Part shown: piece after piece, positions 1 to 12,829 of the stretch
Numbering within the stretch: the first letter of the stretch is position 1
Layout: each line of letters begins with the position of its first letter
Source: Octopus vulgaris
Lineage: Eukaryota
DNA: 64,000 nt
Assembly: GCA_951406725.2 (NCBI GenBank)
Contig: OX597824.1
Span: 31,434,001-31,498,000, forward strand
Reading direction: 5' to 3'
The notes under the pieces: generated by a model
The model's input: only the letters and a program-made list of their open reading frames with translations
Told to the model about the DNA's origin: nothing
Database searches by the model: none
Position numbers and translations under genes: made by a program

Positions 1-300
1 CAAGTTGTGCTATTAATTTAACACTATGGAGTGACCATAGTTGAAATATCTAGCTGCTACCTTTGGAATTGAAATCTATGCCAACAATCAAAATAGACAG
101 GACTGCATAGTAGCAAAGATCGCATCTTCTCCATCTCAAATATGGACCCAATACTGTAACAGCTTGGGTTTCAAGGGTCCACAACTGTTCAACATTCTAC
201 CAAAACACATCAGAGATTTGCAAGCTATACATGTGAAGATAGTCAAAGAGAGCCAATGCAATGAACCCACATCACTGTAGGAGGCACAAAGAAGAGCAGT
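1..300 (+). mobile_element. Degenerate LINE (CR1/Jockey-group-like) 3' ORF2 fragment
   Basis: ORF 41..280 contains SLGFKGPQLFNILPKHIRDL, typical of a LINE ORF2 C-terminus. Confidence 0.5.
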
Positions 301-1131
301 TCAGAGTTAATAGGTAAGCAGGCTTATCAAGTGTTAAGTCCATGGATGTAGTATTTCTTAAGCTGTACTCTACAGAGATTTGGAGACCTAGGTTGTTAAA
401 GAAGCTATGAAGATTTTTAGAATTTGTCAGTGAGTTGACAGTAGAAGCAATAAACTACTTTTTGAACCTTCAAAGGTATCTTTCATGTTATGCCAGAAGT
501 ATAGTTCAACGAAATTACTGATCTTTGCTGAATTGCTCACATCCATGCTGACATCAAACTGTATAGTAGTGTTTTTATTGAATCAAAAGGAATCCTTATG
601 TCTCACAAAAAGTTTTGTCAAGCAGGAAAGATCATTTCTATTTATTCATATGAAATCACAGGGATGGCTTATGCAAAGTTATAGCTTTCATGAATAGCTG
701 TTTTGATAATAATTAATGTCAAACAGTAGAAACTTTGTGGGAGATAAGTTCAGTAAGTCAAAGTTAATCAAATGTAAAAGTGATGTTTACATTTTTGCCA
801 CTAAAATCTGAAATGACCAAGTACATTTTTATGAAAAAAGTGCCAACTCCATTTTTGAACACAGACAAAAAATGTGTATCAACCTAATGATGTCCACCCA
901 AAACATCCTTATCTCTACACCTCTATGCTTTCTTACCTTCAATAATATCTTAGTTCCTTTACTACTTTATCTGAAGTAACTCTAAATCATATGATCCAAT
1001 TTGTTGCAGCCCAAACATGACCTGTGTCATATATGGTGTCTTCAAATCTATGATAACATAAAAGGTGTAACATTTGCTTGTGTCCTGAAATACAACAAAT
1101 AATTATCAAGTAAAGGAAAAACTGCACTTAC

Positions 1132-1248
1132 CCCTATTCCTGAACAGCAGCAACTAATGGATGAAGAAACAATAGCCAAAACGAATTCCACAATCATTAT
1201 AAATACTCCAAAGAAAAATATAAAGTACACATATGAATCTGTATCGGC
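1132..1248 (-). CDS. MS4A/CD20-like gene 1, coding exon 4 (ADTDSYVYFIFFFGVFIMIVEFVLAIVSSSISCCCSGIG; TM4 plus Cys cluster)
   Basis: tttttttttcAG acceptor, 117 bp, GGG|GTAAGT donor, phase 0-0. EFVLAIVSSSISCCC resembles the MS4A TM4 motif EFxIAxxxSxFxC. Confidence 0.85.
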
Positions 1249-1385
1249 CTGAAAAAAAAAATTTTTCAATGGGAAAAAATTAACAGAGATGGTAACCTTG
1301 CTACAGAGAAATGCTTTTCTTACTTTTCTAGTAGTATCAAAATTAATCTTACAAATGGATGTTTCAATTTTAAGGATTTTTCTTG

Positions 1386-2251
1386 GATCTTTTCTGCTTG
1401 GTTGCCAGCGACTGCCAGCATAAATTTTCTGTTCGAATTGGTTTCGTATTAAGTGTAACAACACACTTTTATAGGTTAATTAATGAGTGAGAGTAATTTT
1501 CACTATAAATCAATAAATAAAGAGTTATTAGCAATTAAAGTTTGAAAATTTTGGTAATTTTAGCCAATCATAAGCCACAGACACATTCATGTCTGTTTCA
1601 ATAGTAACAAGAACTCTTTTGCCTCTTGCCATAGTAACAGTCTTTGAAAAGTCTGCGAGGAAGCATCAACCGAGGAAGAGTCCTACCTGAACAGTAGGTT
1701 TTCAGAGGAGTGACTCATGAGATCAGACAGGTTTTTCTGTATGCATATTTAAATTGTAATTAAACATATTTAAATTGTTTGTTTAATGTTTGTTTCTTTT
1801 TGTCATTGAGCATTGAGGTGGTTGTGAGGAGTGCAAAAAATAACAGCTGAATAAAATTTTTTCAATAAATCTTTTGAATTAAAGTTTATTTGCCAACATC
1901 TTGCTCAGAAATTTAAAACTGTTTTTCTCTTTTAAATTAATATAAATATTTATTTACATGAAATAAAATTACTGGAGGCATCACACATTGTTTACAAATA
2001 TTGACAACACTTGCTATTTTCAGGATGTTGACAAAATGCACAGTCACATGCAAAATGACAGCTTCCAAATCCTGTTTCCTGACAAGGTGAAAATGATCAA
2101 ATTTTAAACCTTTTTAAACTTTTTAAAAACATTTTTCTGGAAAAAATTAAATAACTTCAACAATTCAGTTTGGGCAAATTTTCTGCCAAATTAAAAAATT
2201 TTTGGTAAACTTCAATTTTTGGAGCTGCTGGCAACCAAACAGAAAAGATAC
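1386..2251. mobile_element. MITE-like element with ~28-bp TIRs
   Basis: GATCTTTTCTGCTTGGTTGCCAGC at ~1387 versus GCTGGCAACCAAACAGAAAAGAT at ~2227-2249. Confidence 0.55.
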
Positions 2252-4490
2252 TTTTTCTCTAATGCTTTAATGTAGTTTTAATATAGTTTTAAAATAATTT
2301 TAATGTAGCTTTTTATTGTTTTTCTAGTTTGACTAATTTGAATGTGGCCATGCTCTGGCACCACCTTCAAAGATTTAGCCGATTGGATCTAATTCTATCA
2401 GCCTCAGATGGATGAAAACCAAAGTTGTTGACCTAAGGAAGGATATGAACTCAGAACCTAAAGGAATATAACAAAATACCACAACCTGTTCTGTAAGACA
2501 TTTTACCATTTCTACATCCAGCAACTTGTATATAAATTTATATGAATATTAGTGTTTCCCAGAGAAAATTTCAGGTAAGACAATTTCTATAGAAATTATT
2601 ACAGAGAAGTTTATAAAATGCACACTCACAATTCTAACTGTAGGATTTCTACAAAAGAAACTACTGAGAAATTCAGTAATAATATTATATAATAATCTGC
2701 TTGTTCATTCACCCATTATACTTTAGTTAGAGAGGTGTAAGTGGTGTAACTGAGAGATGGAATAAAAGTGGAGAGAGAGGGAAGGAATGTGAGTAGAGAA
2801 GGAAGAGAGGAATATTATATACTATGGCTAAATGCATTATAAGTTAGTTGAAGGGAGAGGTGGAATGCAAGAGAAAAAGACACCAAGAGAAAAGAGGGAA
2901 AGAGAAGTGTTAATGACGTGCTGTAGGGTGGAGAGGGAAAAGTAAAGAAAAGAGATATGAATAGAAAACAATATTCAGCAGAGGGTGATGTTCTGGTGGT
3001 AAGGTTGAAGAAAGTCAGGTAGGGGAGGCAGTCACATTGAGAGAGAGCATTTGTATGGTCAAAGTAGAGATCATCAACAGCAAGAAAATGCAGATATAAA
3101 CAAACAGCTGAAATCAAATGAGCTTTGTTACTGAAAACTGTTATGATGACAATGATAGTGGTGCTGGTGCTGTTGTTGTTGTTGTTAAGCAACAAGACGA
3201 GTAAGGGTGATTAGGTGATGGTCTAGGGCTTAGGGGCGGGAGACCCCAGACCTTGGAAAAAAAGAAAACTTTGGTCGTCTTGTAGTTGAGGCCTCTTCGT
3301 TGACGCCCGACACCACTGGGAGGTGGCCCTCGAAGTCGCTGGAAATGGAGATCTCCAAGTCCAAATTCTTGAAAGGCTGGTGCTGGTAATGTTGGTGGTG
3401 ATGGTGATGGTGGTGGTATGTTGATAGCGAAATGTATTTTTTTATTGAACTAAATCTATAATATTATTCTTCACCTATTTGTTAACACATTACGCTTCAG
3501 CTTGTTAGAGAGGAGGAGGTGGTGGAGTGAGAGAGATGGAAAAAACGTGAGAGTGAGCAAGAGAGCAGATAGCCAGCTGATGCATTATGCTTTCACTCAT
3601 GTGGTTAGTAAAAGTGAGAGGTGAAAAGAAAGAAAGAAATGTTAAAGACATGAAGAGGGGAATTACATAGTTAAAAGGAGAAAGAGAGAAATATAAAATG
3701 CTTAGCAGATGGAAATTTTAAAATCATATTATTGTGACTGGAAGTGAAATAACTTACAAAATAAAAATAAAAATGCAAATCATCCTTCCTTTCTTAAATA
3801 GATTCTCTTAATTTTTTTTTTTTTGTTTTGTGGAATTTCCATGGGTCCCACTAGTCCAGTTATTAATGATTCTATTACTTTTCTGCAACATCAAATGATT
3901 GTTTCTTCTCACTATTTCAGCCAAACAATAACACCATAATTACAAATATCTAAAATTAATCTAAAATACCTACATTGACTTTCATGTTAGTTAATGTTAA
4001 TACTAATTAAAAAGTGTTTGATGAGTTTTGTAATTTATTTATTTATTTTGTAAGATAACATTTTGAATGATTTTGTTTCCTTCCACCAACAGGTATCATG
4101 TATATGTGAGAAATAATCGTTTGTTCCTTCACCCCCAGCCTGAGCACAAATACAAGGCCCCTGAAGACAGTTACTATCAAAACAACCCTCCAGAATCTAA
4201 CTAGATAAAAGAAAATATTAAAAAGTTTTAAGAAAATCAAAAATTAGTTTCACAATCTACAAATGTTTTCCATCAATAAAAATCAATAATTTAAAATAAT
4301 TTGACAGAACCCCAACCTTGATTAATAATTTCTGATCTGTACTTTAATTGTTTATCATAGTTATAAATTTACAGTCATGTTTATAGTTGCTAAAACTCTA
4401 AAAAAGATCCTTATATTCTCTTCAAAAAAGGGCATGATTCCCACAGTTCCCAACATGTCTTGCAATGGTAGGATTTTATGTCAATATTAA

Positions 4491-4580
<90 letters not shown>

Positions 4581-4649
4581 GAAACAAAAATTATATGATT
4601 CTCTCAAAAAAACTACAGAACTCCAACTTTAACAATGTACGTGTGAGTG

Positions 4650-5190
4650 ACATTGTTAAAAATGATATGTGCAAAATAGCTTTCTCAAAGAAAGAAGGAG
4701 GGAAAAGGACATAAGACCAGGCCTACAAATAAAATATACGAGATAGACAAAAGATGGAAGGGATACTGGGAGCTGGTCACGGATTTGGAAAGACTAGTAA
4801 TATTTCCATTCATAAAAATGACAAAAAGACCAGATTTAGTCCTATGGGACAGAGAATGGAGAATAGGAATTTTGCTAGAACTGATAGTGCCATAGGAAGA
4901 GAACATCATCAATGCAGAGAAACGAAAGGAGAAGAGGTACGAAAAACTAATCGAAGAGTGCAGAGAACAGGGATGGACTGTCAAGTATTACCACCTGGCA
5001 GTGGGTGCGAGGGGTTTTATTGAAAGAAAAATGACAGCGTTATTCAAAAGATTTGTTTTTTCTAGCTCGGAGCTGAGAAAACTAATAAGGAGAGTACAGG
5101 AGGCAGTCGAAAAAGCCATCTTCTATATATGGCTGAAGCAGGAAGACCAAAAATGGCTTGAAAGTCATAACATGCCAGCAGAAAAATAAC
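4650..5190 (+). mobile_element. Non-LTR retrotransposon relic with restriction-like endonuclease (R2/HERO group)
   Basis: Cross-frame translation gives KRPDLVLWD...LLELIVP*EE...KRYEKL...VGARGF, the PD-(D/E)xK RLE C-terminus, with stops. Confidence 0.6.
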
Positions 5191-5924
5191 ATCACTAAGT
5201 GAGACAAGCTGACACTGAACTAGCCTCGTTGATTGATAGGTGACGGTTTCGTTTAGAGAATGTGTGGGCTAAGAATAAGTGCCTTCATTGGTCAGTTAAA
5301 GTTGAGACAGTGTCACATGACAACTTGCTGGGGCTGTCTGCTGGAGCCTAGCAGCAGGTATTTAAAGGGAAATTTGACAAGACAGTCAGTCGCCCGCTGA
5401 CACTCATTGATGTTACATCAAAGAGGCCAGGGAACAGAAGAAAGAAGGGGAAAGAAGACATGCACCCAACACCAGAGCTAAAGACACCTCCGAAAGTGGG
5501 GGGGGGGGCTGCCACGTCAAAACAGTAGAGGAGTAGGGGCCGAAACCGATGATGATGTCTTGAGCTAACTGGATCCTATAAAGGAGCTGTTGTGGTAGCA
5601 GACCACGAAACACAGTTGAAATTCCTCCTGCTTTTGAAAACAAATCAATTTAGTAGAATAAATCAATTAGCCTTATGCTTTCAATTTAGACTTTGTTTTA
5701 ATTTTTCTTCCATCATAAAAACAAAATAATCATCATAGTTAATGAAAAAATTCTACACAATAGACTGTCTGTGTGAGCAAGGAGGATCTCCTCAGTAGAA
5801 TCAGTAGTTGCAGCCACTCCAACAACCTTGTAGGTTGTGTAAAAGAATGCAGCCCTGATAATGGACAGAGTAACCATCTATTGAAAAGGTTGCAAGATGC
5901 AATGAAAATTTTAGAAATGTTGTA

Positions 5925-6100
5925 GGTGCAGGAGTGGCTGTGTGGTAAGAAGCTTGCTTTCCAACCACATGGTTCTGGCTTCAGTCCTACTGGGTGGCAC
6001 CTTGGGCAAGTGTCTTCTAGTATAGCTTCTCAGGCCAACCAGAGCCTTGTGAGTGGATTTGGTAGACAGAAACTGAAAGAAGTCCATCATGTATGTATAC

Positions 6101-6143
<43 letters not shown>

Positions 6144-6320
6144 TGTATGTATATGTTTGTCCCCACCCACCATCACTTGACAACTGATGTTAGTGTGTTT
6201 ATGTCCCCATAACTTAGCAGTTCAGCAAAAGACACCGATAGAATAAGTACTAAGCTTACAAAGAATAAGTCCTCGAGTCAATTAGTTTGACTAAGGGTGA
6301 AACAAGTATAAAAGAGTAAG
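5925..6320 (+). mobile_element. tRNA-derived SINE (octopus-type, internal TA/TG microsatellite)
   Basis: GCAGGAGTGGCTGTGTGGTAAG head with pol III A/B-box-like motifs. The same family recurs many times in the window. Confidence 0.85.
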
Positions 6321-6431
6321 TAAATGTATGGAAATCAAACCAGTGAGTGTGTTAAATACTAAGGCACCAAAAGAGAATAACTCTCCCCAGAAACAATAAA
6401 ATTCTACAAAATAATTCAAAAATATACATAC

Positions 6432-6521
6432 CATCCAAATACCCTGTACTGTAAAAGCAGTAATTCCACCAAGTGAAAACACAACTGCTGACAAAATGGT
6501 GAAAATCAAATAGACAAGTCT
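6432..6521 (-). CDS. MS4A/CD20-like gene 1, coding exon 3 (RLVYLIFTILSAVVFSLGGITAFTVQGIWM; TM3)
   Basis: gtttgtttttttcAG acceptor, 90 bp, ATG|GTATGT donor, phase 0-0, hydrophobic helix. Overlaps ORF 6291..6509. Confidence 0.85.
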
Positions 6522-6584
6522 CTGAAAAAAACAAACAATGAAAGCACTTCATTTATCTTCTCTAATATATACCGGATGTCGTTT

Positions 6585-7990
6585 CTCCCACCACCATTAT
6601 AGGTGTCTACTCTTTGAACTCCCCTCTTCAATACGCTATTTCACCATGCATTACCCCTCTCTCGATATCCTACGTTCTACTTACCTAGAACCTGTCCTCT
6701 GAACCACCCCTCCCACTGGTGCTCCCCTATATTTCTGCACCCCCCACCACCATTATAGGTGTCTACTCTTTGAAACCCCCTCTTCAATACGCTATTTCAC
6801 CATGCATTACCCCTCTCTCGATATCCTACGTTCTACTTACCTAGAACCTGTCCTCTGAACCACCCCTCCCACTGGTGCTCCTCTATATTTCTGCACCCCC
6901 CCACCACCATTATAGGTGTCTACTCTTTGAACCCCCTCTTCAATACGCTATTTCACCATGCATTACCCCTCTCTCGATATCCTACGTTCTACTTACCTAG
7001 AACCTGTCCTCTGAACCACCCCTCCCACTGGTGCTCCCCTATATTTCTGCACCCCCCCACCACCATTATAGGTGTCTACTCTTTGAACCCCCTCTTCAAT
7101 ACGCTATTTCACCATGCATTACCCCTCTCTCGATATCCTACGTTCTACTTACCTAGAACCTGTCCTCTGAACCACCCCTCCCACTGGTGCTCCCCTATAT
7201 TTCTGCACCCCCCACCACCATTATAGGTGTCTACTCTTTGAACCCCCTCTTCAATACGCTATTTCACCATGCATTACCCCTCTCTCGATATCCTACGTTC
7301 TACTTACCTAGAACCTGTCCTCTGAACCACCCCTCCCACTGGTGCTCCCCTATATTTCTGCACCCCCCACCACCATTATAGGTGTCTACTCTTTGAACCC
7401 CCCTCTTCAATACGCTATTTCACCATGCATTACCCCTCTCTCGATATCCTACGTTCTACTTACCTAGAACCTGTCCTCTGAACCACCCCTCCCACTGGTG
7501 CTCCCCTATATTTCTGCACCCCCCACCACCATTATAGGTGTCTACTCTTTGAACCCCCCTCTTCAATACGCTATTTCACCATGCATTACCCCTCTCTCGA
7601 TATCCTACGTTCTACTTGCCTAGAACCTGTCCTCTGAACCACCCCTCCCACTGGTGCTCCCCTATATTTCTGCACCCCCCCACCACCATTATAGGTGTCT
7701 ACTCTTTGAACCCCCTCTTCAATACGCTATTTCACCATGCATTACCCCTCTCTCGATATCCTACGTTCTACTTGCCTAGAACCTGTCCTCTGAACCACCC
7801 CTCCCACTGGTGCTCCCCTATATTTCTGCACCCCCCCACCACCATTATAGGTGTCTACTCTTTGAACCCCCTCTTCAATACGCTATTTCACCATGCATTA
7901 CCCCTCTCTCGATATCCTACGTTCTACTTGCCTAGTACCTGTCCTCTGAACCACCCCTCCCACTGGTGCTCCCCTATATTTCTGCACTCT
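6585..7990. repeat. Tandem array of nine ~156-bp units
   Basis: CCATTATAGGTGTCTACTCTTTGAA recurs at ~6594, 6750, 6907, 7063, 7218, 7374, 7529, 7686 and 7842. Units are near-identical apart from poly-C length. Confidence 0.97.
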
Positions 7991-7999
7991 CACCCCCCC

Positions 8000-8236
8000 A
8001 TAAAAGCACCATCCGAACGTGGCCGATGCCAGACCCCTCTAGCACCTGTGCAGGTGGCACGTAAAAAACACCCACTACACTCACGGAGTGGTTGGCGTTA
8101 GGAAGGGCATCCAGCTGTAGAAACACTGCCAGACTAGACTGGAGCCTGGGGCAGTCCCGAGCTCCCCAGACCCCGGTCGAAACCGTCCAACCCGTGCTAG
8201 CGCGGAAAACGGACGTTAAACGATGATGATGATGAT
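8000..8236 (+). mobile_element. SINE 3' portion with (GAT)n tail
   Basis: GGCGTTAGGAAGGGCATCCAGCTGTAGAAAC core and CGGACGTTAAACGATGATGAT tail. An inverted family member lies at ~61422-61700. Confidence 0.75.
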
Positions 8237-8291
8237 TTGTGTGTACAAGGTGTGTGTGTGTTTACATAAATGTATGCATGTATATACATTT

Positions 8292-8865
8292 AGAATTTTT
8301 GTGGCTTTCATCGCTGTCTATAATTTGGCACCAATTGTTTTCAAATTTGGTATATGGATGAAGTTTTGTATGCTAATTATGAAAACGAAGTTCACTTTTC
8401 CTATAAATTTATTAGCCTTTAAATTTTGCAAAATTTGGGTATTTTAGCCAATGAGAAGCGAGTATTTTACACATAACTGTGGTGAAGAACTCTGGTTCCA
8501 TAGTAACCCAAGATGCTGCACATGAGCACAAGGAATGTAACCACTCTCAACAAATTGAAAGTATCTTGGCAGCCTCAAAGCATGGAAACAAAAGCCAACA
8601 TTGGACACACTGTTCCATGGTTGACTCTTATCTTTGTGAATTAATGTGGAGAAGGAGATATGAGGAAAATAACTTATTTTATAAAATCCTAGAGTGTATT
8701 GCAAACTTTCATTCTTGAATTTTTTTAACTAATAAATATTTATTTTAAAAAATATTTTCACTGTTATTTCTAGCACTCCTGTTGGTTTGCTCGTAGCTTT
8801 TAAATATTTAATTTGCTTGCTAATGTTTTAATATTTTGATTGTTATTTCTAGCAACTCCTGTTAT
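8292..8865. mobile_element. Dispersed non-coding repeat (probable non-autonomous DNA transposon)
   Basis: Homologous to 24040-24515 and 39910-40390; shared pseudo-ORF MQYTLGFYKI. Confidence 0.65.
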
Positions 8866-8869
8866 CATT

Positions 8870-10265
8870 TCACTCCAAAAGTGTAATTTTTTTCTTTCGC
8901 AATCTTTAAAGTTTCCATTGATGAAGGTTTTCCTATTTTTTCCATGTGTCAGTGTTAGTAATTACAATATCACTGCCTGTATCTAGCTGTAACTTCATGT
9001 TCACATTATCAATTTTTATGTACACAAACTTTCTTTTGTGTGCCTTGCCTAGACTTTCTTTTGAGAAAACCTTTCCAGAATTTTTTATGTCCGACATTTT
9101 TACTCTGCAATGTGAGCTTTTATGTCTGATTTTTTGACAGTTAAAATGTTTTAAATTTTTCAAAGAACAGTTATTTTTAACATGTAGACCTCTACGCTCA
9201 TAGCATAGATTGGGTCTTGATCTTCATTTTTCTTTTTTCTTATCCATTAGAGGTCGACGCACAAGTATGTGAGAGTAATCCTTTTCTTTGATTTTATTTG
9301 CATCATATCATAGATTGATAATTCTCTGACATTCCTCTGCCACTGCCTGTAAAGTCAATTTCTGGTCCTGTTCTAATTTTGTCAATATCTGAGCATGTAT
9401 CTCTGCATCTTTGCTTGCAGTTAACCCTTGAACGAAAATTAGACATTTGAACACATCCAAGATTAATTCTTTTAATTTGAATTTTTCGCATTCTCTATTG
9501 ACAATTCTGGCATAGGTGATGAAATCTTCATCATCTAGTTATACTAAATTCAAAACACTCCCAATGAGTATTGAACAGGGAACTTTTCTCACTGAAAATT
9601 TTTTATAACAATTTAATTGTTTCATCAAGACAAATTTCATGTGTTTTTTTTTTGGCAGAATGTAGTTAAAGTATTTTTCATGTTCAGCAGGGGATAATTT
9701 TCTTAAAAGTAGTCTTACCTTTTCATTGTCCATCCAGTTTTTGCTTTCCTCTTTAAAGATTTCTTTATATCTTCAGAAATATGCAGAAAAGATCATACCT
9801 TCTACTAGGTTATAACTAAATTCTACAATTGCCTTTGCTATGCTGTCTAGTGAAAACGAGCCTGAAGTATTTTTGGACTTCAACATTAATTCCAGCAATT
9901 GTTGGTATGGTTGTTGTAATTGCTGCTGCTGTTGTTGCTGTTGCAACTGCACCATGGAGGCTAATAAGTCTTTTATGTTAGCTAATTTTTCTTTGATTTT
10001 GTATCAAAGGAAAATGCTAACGTCAAATGTAACCATTTTATATATCCTTCTGTGCATTGGATATACAGATTTCACAACTGTCTTCATACGATGTACTTCA
10101 AATTATTCCAATAAATACAAACACTTAAAGATCTCAACAACTTCCTACAACTTCTGCGAACTCTCAAGGACTCCTGCAACTTTCCTTGTCTCAACCAATA
10201 TGCTACTCATTATAAGAGTCCATTCTACCAATCCCACAAGGGTGTCAATTACTTTCACCATAACA
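8870..10265 (-). mobile_element. Gypsy/Ty3 LTR retrotransposon relic: 5' LTR (10028-10265), gag and protease
   Basis: LTR has TGT...ACA termini followed by a degenerate PBS. Gag-like KVRLLLRKLSPAEHEKYFNYILPK, degenerate zinc knuckle CQKIRHKSSHC and aspartic protease LQLDTGSD. Frameshifted. Confidence 0.8.
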
Positions 10266-10450
10266 CATACATGCATACATACATATGTACATATGTAAAG
10301 AATTTTATTGAGAATATAAAAATTTTGCTGAACAAATCACACTTGTTCTAAATAGACTGCAATAATAACAATGACGTGTAATAGTAATGGTGGTTGTGAT
10401 GTAAGCAGTAATAATAATAGATGCTGCTATTGCTGCTGCTGCTGCTGCTG

Positions 10451-10484
<34 letters not shown>

Positions 10485-11521
10485 AACCACTACAACCAAT
10501 AGTAGTAGTAGCAATTGCCCTTATGCAAAACCAGGCAATGGCTGGAATGGATTTTGATCTTAACTGATTGGAAGTGTTAACATGTGCATTTTTTGTCTTC
10601 GTGTAAAAGATAGGCTACAGTAAATATTCAGCTCAATATCACAGATTTCCTTGTCCATTACTTGCATAAAACCAATGAGGATGTCCTTTAATGGTTGATG
10701 ATATGTGCATCTCTGATTACAAGCAGGAGTTGCTTGAGACTATCATAACCATGTGTTGAGGAGGATTCTTTAGGGTTTCAATAATTCACACCTGGAAACA
10801 TAGGTGTTTCATTCATCATCCTTGACCCTTTTTCAGGAGACTTTTGAGTTGGATGGGCTACTTGACCTGAAGAAAATTCTACTAGTGCCTCATCTGCAAG
10901 GTTACACACTGTTTATCTTGATATGAGGTCACCATGTCGCACACATATAGCTTTGATACTACTGCATTCCTATCAGACAGGTAGTCATGATGGCTATATG
11001 GAGCTTTGTATATTTGTACCACAGCACCACTTTGAAGGCATCTGCTGCTATCTCACTCAACAATAATAATATCAATATTAATTCAATTTGAAACTATAAG
11101 AATTTCAACAGTAGTATTAAATTCATTTAACATAGGAATACTGTTAATGGTATCAAGTGTTCTTCAACATCTGAAATGGCTGAATCCTTTATAGATGACT
11201 CTGACTAAAACGTTTCAATGAATAAGCACATTGTGTTGTGTGCTCAGCAAGTTGTGATGTCTAACCCGCACTCTGATTGATTAAAGAATTCCTATGAATA
11301 ATACACTGCCAATATTAATTATGTTGTCATGCTCAACAAACCACACACTGATTAATTAAAATACAGATTATAAAATTCAGTTTGCAGACGCCTAGTGGAA
11401 AGTATTCAAGGGATATATTCAAGCATTCCACTACAGTTATCAATTGTGAAACATAACTACTAGATAATATTGCTACTATATAAAACTGAAGATTGAGGAA
11501 AGCATGAGAGTACTTGTTTAA

Positions 11522-11736
11522 CCCTTTCAATACCAACCCAGCTGAAACTGCCTCCAGCTCTGAAGTACAAATGTCTTGTTTTCATAAGTTTTGAATTAAA
11601 ATCTTCCACCAAACCTTAGTCATAATCTGTGTTCCTAACACTAGCTTAATAATAACTAAGTTATTTTACTAAATTCTTTGTCATATTTAAAATTAATTGA
11701 AAGAAACACAGAGAAATAAATACAGTAACGAAAGGA
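11522..11736. mobile_element. piggyBac-like MITE
   Basis: TTAA|CCCTTTC ... GAAAGGA|TTAA termini with TTAA TSD. Confidence 0.65.
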
Positions 11737-12671
11737 TTAATTATAATAGTCAATATTGTAAAATAGTAAAACTAAGGAAATTACAAAATCAAATTGTAAA
11801 AATCAGATCATGTTGAAATTTCATTAACTTATATATATATATGTTCTTATACAAAATTATTCAATCCCTGTCTCGTACGTAGTCTGTCATAGAAACAGTC
11901 ATAAATTATATCATTCTTTACTAACATTCTCTTTCACATCTCAGAGATTATGATAAAGTTTATTGTTTATAATTCACAAGGGTTGGTGGTATATATTTCA
12001 TTCTGCTTATTTACTTATTTACATTTTTGTGTTATATTATTGTTGATGTTATTGTTATTGTTGTTGGGATTGTCACTGACAAGCAGTTTATGATATCCTT
12101 ACATTTAATTACATTTTTTTAATGTTAATATTTTAATAGGAGAGAAAACCCAATATTTACAGGCTATTATTAACAGCTTTATTTGCTTCAAGTTAAATCA
12201 TTTCAAAACAGAATTGTTTCATACTTTTCAATAAATCACAAGCTATTCTTATGCAAATTATCCAGATTGCTATCTCCAAGAGAGAAAATTAATATTTTTG
12301 GCAGGAAATCCTTGATATAAGCCAGGTGGTAACAAAAAAATCTTTCAGTTTAAGGGGATTTAGAAGAGCTGTTTTGTGTGTGTGTCTGTGTGTGCATATT
12401 TACTTTAGATTGTTGCTTTTTTTTTTCTTATAGCTTCGTTTTTAAGAATCATCTGTTTATTGTTTTCATTGATTAAAGTCCATAAATAGCTCTAAGATTA
12501 TGAAATAGCAATAGACAGCATCTTAAATCCATTCATCTCAGGAATAAAAGCAATGCCAACAGCTAGAAATTCTTATGAATAGAAGATTGGCTAAGGTCTT
12601 ACGATCTTTGATTTTCAAAAATACACTGAAAATTTGAAGGAAAAAACATTAAAAATCAAAGAAACATTTAC

Positions 12672-12743
12672 CATTTTTTGTGTTTTCGAATTTGAATTTG
12701 ACTTCTGTCCTGTTATGATTCCAATTATTCCAACTGCAATAAT
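12672..12743 (-). CDS. MS4A/CD20-like gene 1, coding exon 2 (IIAVGIIGIITGQKSNSNSKTQKM)
   Basis: Found by reading the minus strand: tttgtttgatttAG acceptor, 72 bp open frame, ATG|GTAAAT donor, phase 0-0. Completes TM2 (W-IIAVGIIGI) and the short cytosolic loop. Too short for the ORF track. Confidence 0.8.
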
Positions 12744-12829
12744 CTAAATCAAACAAATATTATAGAAATCAATGTAAGGCTTAGTGAAAAAACAAAAAAA
12801 AAAGTAATAAAATGAAAACATGAAGTTTA

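Noticed and set aside
950-1084. Possible terminal exon of gene 1 after the ttgtatttcAG at 1085
   Set aside because: Would need a 47-nt intron and the peptide shows no supporting features. The last exon probably lies outside the window.
5925-6000. tRNA-like A/B boxes in SINE heads
   Set aside because: No full cloverleaf, and they are always attached to SINE bodies, so they are not tRNA genes.
6927-8101. Repetitive Pro/His-rich ORFs and CRISPR-like periodicity
   Set aside because: Translation of a 156-bp satellite with frameshifting poly-C. Units are identical with no unique spacers, and the context is eukaryotic.
9773-10514. Poly-Gln and poly-Val/Ala ORFs
   Set aside because: The poly-Q is the N-terminus of a decayed Gypsy gag. 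The poly-V/A comes from GCT/ACT microsatellites.
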